Below are positions 15,123 to 29,372 of a stretch of DNA of 64,000 bases, piece by piece. The stretch comes from the human T2T-CHM13v2.0 reference genome, Homo sapiens. The first letter of the stretch is position 1, and each line of letters opens with the position of its first letter. The position numbers were made by a program, and so were the translations under genes. The stretch lies in assembly GCF_009914755.1 (NCBI RefSeq), contig NC_060925.1. The stretch is one strand, 5' to 3'. Below the pieces are notes generated by a model, which had not been told where the DNA came from, did no database searches, and worked only from the letters and a program-made list of their open reading frames with translations.

Positions 15123-16769
15123 GGAGAGTGTTAAGTTTCTATGTGACCCAGGACTCGTTATCTTCACAGGTATGGCTGTCTGATGGGGTATGCTTTTGGT
15201 TAGAACTGGAATCTGGGATCCTCCAGAAGGAAGAACAGTAGGGCTCAGCAGAGGAGCAGGAGGGCAGGAAGCAGTGACCAACGGGCTAGAGGGACATGGG
15301 GACTACAAAGGATGTCCTTGTCCTCTGTCCCAGGGCAGTGGGACAGAGCAGGGCCAGGCATCAGGGTGAGGCAGACCCATCAACAACAGTTCAGGTAAGC
15401 CTGGTGCCAGGGCACCCTACAGAGGGTGAAGCAGGTGGCAATGAGAGATCCCTGTCCTCCCTCCCCTTCTGGCCCCATGAGGCTGTAGAGGTTCTGGGGC
15501 TTAGAGAAAGGCCAGCAGTGAGTGGGATACTGGGTGTGGGGCCAAAACATCCCAAAGGCAGTGCCCAGTGGTGCAGCTTGAGGACGGGCCCACAGGCAAG
15601 CGTCAGCAGAGGGGAGCAGTCTGGCTGGAGCAACAGAACAGGAGTAAGAGAACAGAGGGGCTTTAACAAATGTTAAGGACAGGAAGAGACTCCTGTGACC
15701 AAGAGAGAGGCCACCTGATTGAAGCTTCTCCAAGGGGCCTGCAGCCTTGGATCTGGGTGGAGGGGAAGCCCTTAGGGACACGGAGCCTCTTTGGACACCT
15801 TCACGGGGAGGCCAGAGCCTCAGAGGAGTCCAGAGCCCTGTGGATTCCCAGAAAGACTCACACTGGTGCCCAGGGGCCTGGGATGCAAGAGCTGATCTTC
15901 AGGAGGGTTGCAGAGCTGGGCAGGACACCCAGCTCCCGCCCCAGACCCAACTGGGGATTTGGGTTCAGAGCAGGGCTTCCAGACAGAGCAACTGTCTTTT
16001 GCTAGGAAGGCCACATCCAGCAAGTGGAGCTCAGGGAGTGCCGCCAGACAGTCTTCCTCCCAGCACCCAGGTCTCTCTCCTATGCCTGGCTATGGGACCC
16101 CAGGTCCCTAAACTGAAGTACATTTTATGTCCCCAGGAGCCTGCCGTCTCCTGATCTTTGCCTTAGGTCCTCAGGGTGATTCATGCCACCCCTGGCTCTG
16201 ATCTGGATTGTGGCAAAGCTCCTCGTCCATCTCCCACATTCACCATTGGCTCTGAGGTCCATTCTTCAGACCAAGGCCAGGGGCCTTGGTAAACAGCTAA
16301 CCTAATCACACCACTCATCTGCTTGAAACTCTTCTGTCGCTGGGATAATTCCAGACACCTGACCAAGCCGAACCATCCAGCCCCTGTCTCCCTCCCAGGA
16401 TCCCCTCCTGGCCTCGGAGCCTTCACCAGGGCACCGCTCCACACCAGGGCCTTTTCTGGCATCTTCGTCAAAGAAACACCTCTTTTCTACCTTGGCACAA
16501 ATGTTCCTCCCTCAAGGCTACTGGCCCTCAGGCGCCCATGCCCTCTGGGCCTGCATTTCTCCAGTATCGCTTACTGTGGCTGTCATGGAACAAGGAGCTA
16601 GGCACAGAGCTGCTTCACGTCTGACTTCCCCAGAGGGTGTCAGGCAGCCGGATGAAGCAGGGCTGCTGTGTTGATCATCTGCCTGGTGCTGACCTCACCC
16701 CTTACGTGAAGAGCATTCACCAGCCAGGACTGGTGGGCCAATGAGGGGTCAGTGGTACAGGCAACACTA

Positions 16770-17300
16770 CTCTGTTGAAGAAAGGGGAACCAACTTCTGA
16801 CACACAGCAACAGGGGTGAATCTCAAAATGATCAGCCTGAGTGAAAGCCAGACACAGGAATACTTCTGATGCGGTTCCCTTTGTAGAACATTCTAGACAT
16901 TTCAAATGAAATTGTTGTGACGGAAAGCAGGTTGGTGGTTGCTTGAGCCAGGGGGTGGAGAGGGAGGTAAAGTGTGTGGGTCAGGAGGGAACTTTCTGGG
17001 GTGATTCTGCACAGTCTATGTCTTTGCCAGGACAGTGATATCAAAGCTCATCAAACTGTATACTTTATTATTATTTTTTTCAAATTTTGTTTACCTTTTT
17101 TTTTAGTGATAGGGTCTTGTAATGTTGTCCAGGCTGGTCTTGAACGAACTCGTGGCCTTAAGGATCCTCCTACACAATGCCCTGGAGTGCTGGGATTATT
17201 GGCCTGAGCCACTGTGCCCAGCCCAAATTGTATACTTAAAATGAACGCAGCTTACTGTACACAAATTACACGTAAATAAAGTTGACTATTTTTTTAATTT
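16770..17300 (+). mobile_element. L1M 3' end containing a reverse Alu monomer (17065-17223)
   Basis: L1MB/ME-type 3'UTR; monomer TSD caaa(c/t)tgtatactt. Confidence 0.7.
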
Positions 17301-19647
17301 AAAAATGTCACCAAATGGCATAATGCATGCTGATGACACACTCACTGCCTCTGTCATGACTAGACCTGAGCTGTACTAAGTCTGGTCCAGCGATAATTCC
17401 CCCTCCCCACCCCATTGAGTGCCATGCACCCTGCATGGTGTTTTACATGATTTCAATCAATGCATTTGACAGTCCTCTGAAGTGATGTTTCAGATGCTCT
17501 GAGCACTGCCCCTGCCAGCCCTCATCCACCGTTCCTGTTTGTAGGTCATGCTTAGCTTGTGGCCAGAGCCCATTGGACCCGGGTATGCCCAAGTGGGGCC
17601 AACCAGACCCTTTTCTTTGGTCATTTGCCCTGAGAGACTCAGAGCTCAGGTCCTATCATGTGTGCCTCAGAGCATCGTAGCAGGGTAAACGGAGGCCTCT
17701 GGAAGCTGGAACACAGAGAAGGGCTTGGGGAGGTGTTGAGAGTTATAGGCACTGGGTCTGGGGGCCGTCTGTCTCCCCCACGGCCCCCACTAGCTCTGCC
17801 TTGGGCCCCAGGAACTTCCTATGTAACCCACATTCGTCTCCAAGTGAGTGTCTGTTTCTGAGAACCAAATTAGTCCTCATAAAGTAGATATTCATATCTG
17901 CATTTCACAGGGGAGAAATGGAGGTTTAGGGAGGGTAAAAGACTTGTTCAAGGACATGTAGCTAATTCATATTTGATGTTTGTCAAGCTCCAGAGCTGTG
18001 TCCTTTACAGATGGGCTCTGGTGCCACCATAGTCCAAAGGAATAAAGTCAGTGTGGACTATGTGTTTCCCAGGCACCCTTCTCTGAGGTGGTGGCTGCCT
18101 CAGCAAGAGGAGGCCTAGGAGGTTGCAAAAACTGGCAAAGTGCTGACCTCACGAGTTCTCACTTCCTAGGCCGCTCTTCTGGTCCAGTTTAGATGAAATA
18201 ATGTATGTAAAGGGCCTGGCATCCCATAAATGCCCATTAAATACATATGTAGGAAAGATACAAAAAGACAGAGATCATGAGCCATCAGCCGAGGTTTAGA
18301 CGCAGAGCACAAGAGGAAAATGATGCTCTGCGGGGCCAGGGCTGGCAGGAATTGATGTAATTTAGTAGTAAAAGTAGCTCTGCCTTGATGTGAAAGCAAA
18401 AATGGTTCTAATTGTTTGCCGAAAGGATACTCCATTTATTTAAAGAAAGAAACACTCTCCTGTCATTAACTCTAATAGGGATGTGTTGTTAAGGCCCCTT
18501 TATAGTGACTCTGAACAACACAATGGACAGTGTATTCAAAAGCGGTGTCAAAAAATTCAGAAGCTGTCATATGTCCATTTCTTATAGCGAATTTGGATAA
18601 AAGTTAAAGCTCCATGGGGAGCTATTCTTTTCTTAGAAGGATGTAAGTACAAATTAATAATAACGATTCAGAAATATTCTATGTAGAGCAGGTGCACTGC
18701 CCACCGCCTGCCCCCACAACACTGAAGGTCTCCTCAGGGGCTGCCAGCAGGATGCCCATTGCTCTGGCCTTAGGAGGCAATGCCAGTTGCTACCATCTGG
18801 GAAACTGACTTCTAGCAAAGGCCATTGAATAGTCTGCTACTCACTCCCCTGGAGAGGAGAGGTCTGGCTTTCTCCACTCACCCAAGGGGGCCTGCTGAAA
18901 GGCATTTTAGCTGATGGGTTAATTCTGAGCCCCAGAGAGTAGAACCCAGCTGTGAAGTCTCAGTGGCTCCCTGCAAGGTGGCTCTTCCTATTAAGAGGAA
19001 GACCTGGGGCCGCGCCCCTCACGCTGACTTCTCACACTCCCACTGCAGTTGTCAGGGAGTATTACCCCAAGGAGCTGGGAAACAACTGTGATCCAGGGCC
19101 CAGTTCCTAGGGGTTCTGATGGGATTGGTCTGAGGAGGAAATCTGGGATCAGGAAATTTCAACGTGTAGCCTCGGGAGAGAACCACTGCCAAAGATGAAG
19201 TTCTCACCATTGCCCCCAACCCCTGAGGAGCTGACTGTCCCTAACAAAAACGCAGAAGCAGTACTAGGGATTTTTGTAAATAAGTAGATTTTAGCTGGTC
19301 TTATCAGAAAAAAAAAAGGAACTATGTGAGATGATAGATGTGATCATCTGTTTCACCATAGTAACCATTGTTCAGTCTGCTTGTTTCTATATGTTTCTGT
19401 GTGTCTATATCATCCTGTAATATCATGTTATAAACCTCAAATATGCACAATAAAATTCATTTTAAAAGTAAAAATTGAACATGCATTACTTTTAAAATAA
19501 AAGAAAAAATGCAGGCATGGGACACTGGGGAAGAGATTTTGCAAAGCTAGAATTGATTTTTCATCTCCCACGAGCAAAGTGAATAATTGTGCCAGTGGTC
19601 ACAAGTTCTTTTCTTCATCAAAGAGAAAAAGGATAATCTATTTTCAG

Positions 19648-19920
19648 CATCCATCCACACATCCATCCATCTGCTCACTTTTCCCTCCCTCTCTCCTTCC
19701 CTCCCTCTCTTCCTTTTTTCCATCTTTCTGTCAATTCTTTACATCCATCCATCCATCCATGCATCCATCCATCCGTCCTTCCATCTATCTATCTTTCTAC
19801 CCATTTATTTATCTATCCATCCTTCCTGCCATCCTTTCTTTCACCCTTCCTTTCTTTTTTCTTTCTTCCTTCTATCCTACCATTTGTCTATCCATTCTTC
19901 TATCCTTCTGTCTCACCCAT
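19648..19920. repeat. (TCCA)n / pyrimidine-rich simple repeat
   Basis: Runs of catc/ccat/tctt. Confidence 0.9.
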
Positions 19921-20399
19921 ATATACTGTGTTCACAGCTGTGCTGGGGGTAGAGAAGCAAGGCTGGGCAGAACATGGGGCAGGGATCTGAAAGTCTTTTG
20001 TTTCTCCTGGTTCTGCACCTCCTAGTCAGTTGGCTTTGGGCAGGTCCCTTAATAAAGCTGGGTCACAGGCTATCTGAGAAATGGGGGCATTGAACTAAAA
20101 ATCTCAAAGGATCTATATTTCTAGATGTCTATGGATTTAGAAGACATGGACCCTGCCATCAAAAAGTTTGCAACATAGTTGGAGATACAAGACACATAAA
20201 TGTAGCAAAAATATTTTGAGAGCACAAGTATCTCACTTAAGACAGATTCAGGGAAGAATCCCCACTGGCATGGCAACTGTTTTCCTCCAAGTTCTAGGGA
20301 TATTTTATGTGCAAAGATGCCTGTCCCTGTGGAGCAGCCACAGCTGAATGTGTGACTTGGGTGGCTTTTGCAGGGGTGTTATAAGCTTGTGCTGTTGAC

Positions 20400-20615
20400 C
20401 AGAAGAATCCAAAATCTGGAAATAAAGCCAAGGGGATGAAAGAATGTTTCCAGAGTCATACAGGAGCTTTGCTTCACAGGCTTGCCCAAGGATGATCTAC
20501 TTTTCAGGAGGATGGGCCGTTGTTTGACTGCCATTTACTATTGAGGACTCAGATTCTATGGCATTCCATGTTATATTGTAGATGTTTGTCCAGTAGAGAT
20601 GCAAATGATTCCCAT
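20400..20615 (-). pseudogene. FN3 exon remnant (nearly complete domain)
   Basis: Acceptor tatcttttcactag; single frame GNHLHLYWTNIYNITWNAIESESSIVNGSQTTAHPPEK*IILGQACEAKLLYDSGNILSSP. Confidence 0.7.
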
Positions 20616-20869
20616 CTAGTGAAAAGATAATCCACCGATTTATTGCCCTGTAGGACATGAACCGGTTTTGTCACAAACATTGAAAAATCGATTTCAGTGT
20701 GCCTTTCCCAGTGGGCTACATAAATCCCAGTGCATCAAATGCCATTTGACTAGCATTATTGACTCTCTGGCTCTCTCCTTAAGTGATGAGCTGAATAAAA
20801 TCAAGAGCTTGCATTTGAAGGAAATCAAAATATTCCTCTCTAAAATACTGGGCATTTTAGTTAAAGTTA

Positions 20870-21255
20870 AAACACAGGGATATTCTCTGCCCTCCTATCT
20901 TTATCAGCTCAGAAACAGAGCTCAGAGACAGCAGTGCCAGAGGACCCAGGAGTGGACTTCACTCTTCCCATTAGTTTACTTTCCCTCATTTTCCCACCTT
21001 TTGGAAGCCTGAAGATACTCTCTTTCTTGTCTTGTCACTACATAGGATTTTTAGTTCTTTAGTGCTATTTAAGCAAGACCCCAAAGCCACTGCCTTGAGA
21101 GGGAAATCCTTTTGAACTAAGGCCTCTCCCGTGTGATGGGTACAGCAAGGTTAGTAAACTTCTGCTTTTCTCTTTCGTTAATCTGACTTTCGTTTTCAAG
21201 AGAGTGTCTCCACTAAGAATCTAAAAAGGCAAAGAAATTATGTTTTTCCCCTACA
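20870..21255 (+). mobile_element. ERV1 (MER4/MER34-group) LTR, subfamily and start uncertain
   Basis: Ends ttaatctgactttcgttttcaag...tttttcccctaca, typical of this group. Confidence 0.55.
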
Positions 21256-21676
21256 TGTTCATTCTATTTTGCTTGCAAGCCATGGTTTTAATTTCCTTCA
21301 AAATTTCTCTTGGACATTGCTGGTCCACTGGTCCTGCCAGCCCCCTCTGGACATGAGCGTGCAGGAGAAGGCACAGCTCTGGGGAGGGAGGGGCCTTGCA
21401 AGGCCCACAGCTGCTCAGCAGCCCAGGCTCTCACAGAGGAGCCACCAGCCCCTCCCCTTAGCACAGCTTCAGTGCTCAAAAGGGCCCTGCTGGTGCGTGA
21501 AACTGGGAGGGAAGGTGCCTCCGACTCAGAAGCTCGGTTTAGCACTGAAAATCAAGCAGACACCTGGGACCTGGAAGAGCCAGGTGTATCAGACTGTCTG
21601 GCATGAGCTAGGCTTTTTCCTTGTTCCCCAACCTGAGCAGCCCCATGGTGGTTTTGTGGTAGAATAAGAAATATAG

Positions 21677-21985
21677 GCCAGGTGTGGTGGCTCACACCTG
21701 TAATCCCAGCACTTTGGGAGGCTGAGGTGGGTGAATCACCTGAAGTCAGGAGTTTGAGACCAGTCTGACTAACACAGTGAAACCCTGTCTCTACTTAAAA
21801 TACAAAAATTAACCAGGCGTGGTGGTGTGTGCCTGTAATCTCAGCTACTCAGGAGGCTGAGGCAGGAGAATTGCTTGAACCTGGGAGGTGGAGGTTGCAG
21901 TCAGCCAAGATTGTGCCACTGCTCTCCAGTCTGGGTGACAGAGTAAGACTCCGTCTCAGGAAAAGGAAAAAAAAAAAAGAAAAAA
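21677..21985 (+). mobile_element. AluS
   Basis: Dimeric Alu with A tail. Confidence 0.95.
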
Positions 21986-21993
21986 TATATATA

Positions 21994-22239
21994 CAGGTTG
22001 AGTATCCCTCATCCAAAATGCTTGGGACCAGCACTGTTTCAGATTTCAGATTTCAGATTTTTTTCTTCAGATTTTGAAACGTCTGTATTATACTTACCAG
22101 TTAAAGATTTCTAATCTGAAAATCCAAAACCTGAAATTTTCCAATAAGCATTTCCTTTGAGTGTCATGTTGACACTCAAGAAGTTCAGAATTTTGGAACA
22201 TTTGGATTTCAGACTTTTGGATTAGGGATACTCAGCTTG
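21994..22239 (+). mobile_element. Tigger4/MER46 MITE
   Basis: TIRs CAGGTTGAGTATCCCT / AGGGATACTCAGCTTG with TA TSDs. Confidence 0.85.
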
Positions 22240-22244
22240 TATTT

Positions 22245-22790
22245 ACTCTGCTGGCCACCATGAAAACCTCCATTAAAAACCCCAATGGACATTGTGCTGA
22301 CAGCTTCTGGGTTGGTGAGCACAGGGGGGTGCAGGGAGGGTGGTGCACCCTGGGGAGATATGGTGGCCCCGAGCAGCTTCCTCCAGACCTTGCCCTGGGA
22401 ATCCCTTCCATCTGGCTGTTCCTGAGTTGTATCCTTTGTAATAAACAGGTAACCTAGAAAACAAACTGTTTTCCTGAGTTCTGTGAGCCCCTCTAGGAAA
22501 GGATCAAACCCGAGAAAAAGGTTGTGAGAACCTCCATTTGTAGTCAAGTTAGACTAGTGTCGCGGGTAGCCTGAAGACCCTCTCCTTGCAGTTGGAGTCT
22601 GAAGTTAGGGGCAGGCTTGTGGGACTGAGTCCTGAACCTGTGGGATCTGTGCTGACTTCAGATCGAGCCAGAATTAAATTGAATTGTAAGACACCCTGCT
22701 GGAGAACTGGTCAGTGGGGGAAAAAAACAAAACCCACACATCTGAGTCACCGAAGTGTTCTGTGTTGACTGTGGTGTCAGAATTGAAGGG
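22245..22790 (+). mobile_element. MER21-family LTR fragment
   Basis: ttgtatcctttgtaataaac...ttcctgagttctgtgagcc...gtgggactgagtcctgaacctgtgggatctg. Confidence 0.7.
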
Positions 22791-23336
22791 CTCTGGAAGT
22801 GTGGAGAGTGGAGAAAATGGTTTGTGTTTTCCTATTACACACCCACTCTGGAGGTTCTTAGGGTTTGCAGACCAGGAAGCAGAGAAAACCCTTCACATGG
22901 AAACCATTCCTGCCCATCCCTGGCTCCTGGGTGGTGGGAAGGCCCATTGCTAATGGGGCCAGGGTAGGCATTTTGAGTTCATTTAGCTTAGCCCTTAATG
23001 GAATCTTACTCAGACAGTCCTAAGCCCACCGGCAAGGCAATAAAAGTTGTCCCCACCCCTATCAAACAACTCATAGCATATTAATTTTGACACAAGGTAA
23101 CATAAGTGATAGCAGAGATGGTGGGCATAAAATGGATGAAGTCCCCCCCGGGACAGCAGTCTGATAGTTTGAGGTAGGAGGCTTTACCATATTTATGTAC
23201 CTGTCCCAGCAATTCTACTTCAAGGAAGCTATTCTAAGGGAACAACCAGAGATGAAGGTAAAGAATTTAGTAGTCATTGGAGTGTTAATTATTACAAAAA
23301 TTGGAAAAAGCCAAAATGGTCCACAATAGGGGATTA

Positions 23337-23726
<390 letters not shown>

Positions 23727-23737
23727 AAAAGCCATCA

Positions 23738-23812
23738 TAGGGTGCAGCAAACCACCACGGCACATTCTGCACATGTATCTCAGAACTTAAAGTATAATAA
23801 TAATAAATAAAA
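23738..23812 (+). mobile_element. 5'-truncated L1PA 3' end
   Basis: GGTGCAGCAAACCACC..CAGAACTTAAAGTATAAT plus A tail. Confidence 0.85.
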
Positions 23813-24572
23813 AAGCCCATCATAAAAATCTCTTTATATAAGACGATCCCAATCTCCTCAAAAAGAGTTTCAATGTGCATGAAGGAGATGAATGGGAAGG
23901 AGCTATGAAGACGTCGTATCTAGAAAGCGAGAGAGCAGGGGGTCTTTCTGTCCTCAGATACTTTTCTCATCTCTAACGTGAGTACACATTCGATTTATAA
24001 CAAAAATAAACACTGTAGAAAGGTCTTTGTTTTAAAGTCTGAAATATCAAAAGTATCCTTGTTTTTGAAATGTCACCCGCAGCAGGCCCTTCCTCCGCAT
24101 CTGGTGCCTCTTTCATCTGCGTGTGGCTGTCAGAAGCAGGCCTTGTTTGAGGAATTCTTATGTAGCCAGCCTGGGGGTGTCCAGCCACCCAGGCCCTTTG
24201 CTGCATTGGCCACTGATGGTGAATTAATCCTCAGACTTGTGTTACTGGTGACAAACGATGATGTCACGTGTACATGGACACAATTTTAAGGGAGATCAGG
24301 CCCAGCACTCCCTTTCATCTTCCTCCAGCCCTTAGTGCCTCATGGGTGTCCTCAGTGGCAGTGGTACTGTCCCCAAGCTCCAGGCTATCTCCTGCTGCCT
24401 TTTCTGTTTGCTGTGCTTCTCGCTCTTTCCTGCGGCACCTTCTCGTCCACATATCTCCCCTGTGCTGTCCTCCCCTGACCACACAGGCCCAAGACAGAAC
24501 TATACAGAAAAGAGCTCTGACTTCACCAAGCCCAACCATTTGTATTGCAAAGATAAAAGCAAAACAACTTAC

Positions 24573-24672
24573 TTGGTTTCTGAGTCTAAAATATCTTTCT
24601 TTAGATCAATGGTTACTTTACAGCTTTCTCCAAGAACAATGGTGTTGGAGCCTTACTTGTTTAGGTTATTTT
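24573..24672 (-). pseudogene. Exon remnant (FN3-like), followed after a 73-nt intron by another exon-like block starting at 24499
   Basis: Acceptor cttcctttattctag, perfect donor gtaagt. Reads NNLNK*GSNTIVLGESCKVTIDLKKDILDSET and splices in frame to NSVLGLCGQGRTAQGRYVDEK. Confidence 0.55.
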
Positions 24673-25433
24673 CTAGAATAAAGGAAGCATCAACATCTAA
24701 TAGTCACTCACTAAGTCTCTGTAACACAGACAAGCCAAGGTCAAAGAGAATGCCATAACAATAACCACTTCTTAAGCAGTTCCTCGGTATCAGGCTAGAT
24801 ATTTCATAAAATTATCTCATTTTATCTTGTAATAAAGGAACATCACCTCCGTTTTCCAGATGAGCCCACCAAGCTTCTGGTGGTTAAGAAATTTGCCCCA
24901 GGTTATAAACTAGCCAATGGTAGAGGCAGGATTTTAACCCAGGGTCGTCTGCCCTCAACCTCAATCTTCCCCTGATGCCTCCTTACAATACTTAGCAGGA
25001 TATTAGGGGTGAATGAAGAGCTTCTAGGCATGGCAACCACCAGAGACTTCTCTTCCCTGCCCTGCCAAGCTCTGAGGGCCTCCAAGGGTTAAGGAGCAGC
25101 CTCCCTTCATCACCTAGAGGGTCCCAGCATGCTGGAGCCCTTCCAAGTCTAGTAGCAGCCATGGAACGCCAAAAGAAGGGGAATGTTTCCCCTTGCCCCA
25201 CTCATCCCATGTCTCAGCCTGGCACCTGGAAAGCAGAGCCTGGGACTAAATCTTATCACAGTACAAGCTGTGATCCCAGGGAGCAGAGCCAGAGAGGGGG
25301 CCTGACTGGGAAGAAGAGAAGGAGAGAAAGCCACACGGGGACACAGTCTCCATATGCCACAGCTATGGGCAGCTGAGGCTGCGTTCCCACGGGAGGCTGA
25401 CACTGACCAGGGGTTGCAACGCCCTGTGCTTCT

Positions 25434-25436
<3 letters not shown>

Positions 25437-25484
<48 letters not shown>

Positions 25485-25491
25485 TGTGTGT
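25437..25491. repeat. (TG)n microsatellite
   Basis: Long, almost pure TG run. Confidence 0.95.
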
Positions 25492-25951
25492 AGAGGAGGT
25501 TCCCTGGGTCACTCCACTTCTCACCTCAAAGCAGCCCTGGGCAAGATAGGCCATGTGGGCCACCTATTTACACCTGCTGGAAGCCGGTTGAAGCTTGCAC
25601 AGTAGCGGCTGGAGGAAGAGTGGGTCGCGAAGATTGGAATGGTGCACAGAGCTGCTGGCCACAGCCTCCCAGGTCCTGCCATAGAATCGTCTTTCTCCAG
25701 GACAGATTCAGCCTGGGTATCGGGCTAGATACTTCATAAAATTATCTCATTTTATCATGTAAGAAAGAGATATCATCTCCATTTTCCAGATGAGCCAACT
25801 GAGGTTCCAGGGGTTAAGAAATTTGCCCAAGATTATAAACTAGCCAATGGTAGAGGCAGGAGTTTAACCTAGGGGCCTCTGCCTTCAACCCCAATCTTAT
25901 GCTGATGTCTCCTTACAGTATTTAGCAGGAGATTAAGGGATGTGCTCTTGC

Positions 25952-27332
25952 TTTAGAGAAAGCGTTGACTCTGTCTCCAGCCGAATGGTCACTTCTTCAT
26001 CAGCCAACGTCCCGGCTGTTTTGTCTTAGATAACTCCACATATAGACCGTCAGGGCAGTCTAGGATGAATCAGCTCAGCTGGGGCCACTCCAGGCCCCCA
26101 GCTTTGGTTTCTGATTTGTTGGAGCAGCTGTTTGTGAAGGAACATTTTCATCTCCACCCAAACATACACTTGAAACTCTTTTTTTTTTTTAAATCAAATC
26201 AGCAAGGGCTGCAGAGTGACAACCCCACTTCGTCACCCCTCCACACCTGCTTCCCCAGACCCAACTCTCAGATTCTGACTTGTGGTTAATGGTCACTTGT
26301 TCATGTAGGGTGGGTTTCTTAGAACACAGGCACTATCAGCTCTTAAAGGGTGATTTGAGTCTCTACCTCTCAACTGCGTGCAGCATTAAGAAGCTTCTGC
26401 CAGCTTCATCTCAGTTTAAATGATCTTTGGTGTTTTACCCCGGCTTCCTACATAGTTATAGTGTAGAACACTTTCTTCTGGATTTAGCGATGGAACACAG
26501 CAACAAGGTCATGATTTGTCCAAATCTCAACGTTCATATTTATGTGATTAGATCTGAGGCTGTCATTATGCTGGTGCCATGAATATGGCCCCAGTAATAC
26601 ATTAGGCTTTGTGCCATGAACAGTCATTTTTTGAGTTCAGTTCATCCTCCCCTGTGGCAGGCAAGGAGGAGTGGGAGGTGAAAGGGGAGCAGGTTGTCAC
26701 AAGCCTGTGAAGTTTCCCGAGACTAACGGGGCAGGGAGAAGAGATAATTCTTCCTCTGTCTTTCCCTCCCAGGTAAGGCAGGCTCCAGAGGCTCCCCTTG
26801 GGAAAGGGGTATCTGGGGTGCAGTGGACCTTCCTGTGCATATAGAGGTCCCACCAGCTACACAGAGAGTGCCCCAGCAGACTCTCTGGGCTGACTTTGGA
26901 AGGGCAAACCAAATTTTGCCAGCAGCTGCATTAAGCTGCTTGCACAGACCACTTTATTTTCCATGTAAGCTGGAATAATAGAAGTGGTTCCTTCCTTCTC
27001 TCTTTTTACATGTAAAATACTAATAGCTAAGACTTATTGAGTTGCTTATGCATGCCACAGGCTGTGAGACGTTTTGTGTGTTCGCTCATTCAAACCTCAC
27101 CACCTCTGAGATGTGTCATTATCATCACCCCCAGTGTAACGGGGAGAAAGCTGAGGCCTGCTGAGGAAGGCCACGGCAGGGACTCCAGCTCAGGCAAGCC
27201 CGCCCTGAGCTCACTTCCCTCCCACCGATGTAAACTGCCCGGACAAAGCCTGTTTATTCTCTGAGTCTTCTTGTCTAAAACAAGACAGTCGATGTCGAAG
27301 GGGTCAGCTTCTCATGGCTAAGCTGGCCCTGC
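25952..27332 (-). pseudogene. Cluster of four exon remnants (27332-27226, 26969-~26896, 26651-26367, 26059-25952)
   Basis: Each is preceded by a pyrimidine tract plus AG. Protein-like reads include KMTVHGTKPNVLLGPYSW, TLADEEVTIRLE and DPFDIDCLVL; correct frames uncertain. Confidence 0.45.
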
Positions 27333-27389
27333 CTGAGAGAAGCAGGCAAAGGCAGAGTGGGAAGGGAAACATTTTAAAAACCCTCCTCT

Positions 27390-28420
<1,031 letters not shown>

Positions 28421-29372
28421 GGGTGGGTCCCATCACTTTTGAGTCCCATGTGGCCCACTATTGTAGAATGGGGCTTGCATTTGTAAAAATTTCTGTTTTT
28501 CAAATTAAAAATTAATAACCTACCATTTTCACTGATTTATACGTAAAGTCATGAGAGGATGTGATTGTCACATCACAGATGAGGAAACTGAGACTCAGAG
28601 AAATGAAGCGATTTCACTGCCTCTCAGACGTCCAAGATGAAAGAACATCTAAGAGGCAGTGGCGGGCCCAGCACCGGGACACTCGGGCCACCCTGGCAGG
28701 GCTTGTCACTACCTCCGTGCCAGGCAGGGGTCAGCCGTTTACTGAGTTGTCCCATCGATTCCTCACACCAGCCTGGGAAATTAAGCATTCACGCCCTCAC
28801 TTTACAGGCTGGAAACAGAAAGGGAGGTTAGGAGGAGGTCAGCATCTCCCACAGGGAGGGCAGGGCCGGCTGGCTCCTCCAGCCCTGGTCCTAGGAGCAC
28901 TTCCAAGGTTTCCTTCCCAGCTGAGATCCAGCTGCTCACTGAAAGTCAAGCAGGATAAAGAAAATCAAGTGTTACTCACTGAACAGCAGTGAGAAGCGTA
29001 AGGGACAAAGGAAGGCCACCGAGTCGGGAATATCCCACTGCTATTAGCCAGGTCTCAGTGGTCTGTCCCAGAGGGAAGAAATGTAACCTCTGAGTCTTGT
29101 TTTCTTCGTGTTCAAGCCAAGGAAGCCAGTTGCCCAACCTCCCAGGTGGCCCAGAGGATTTAATGTAAGTAGCCTAATACAGGACCTGGCTCAGGCAAAC
29201 ATTACTCTCCTTCTCCTTCCCCTTAACAGGGGCTGAGTCCTGGCCGTGTCTGCCCAACCCCAGACAGAAGCGGCATCCCAGCCTGGGAAGGGAGAAGGGC
29301 CACAGAGTGTGGACTCATGAGAGGATGATTTAGGGCCAGCAGCAGTGTTCTCGGTGTCATTTGGCATGCCAC

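Noticed and set aside
18410-18632. Exon-like block with acceptor at ~18632
   Set aside because: All three frames look equally protein-like with no diagnostic motif; probably part of the fossil but not supportable alone.
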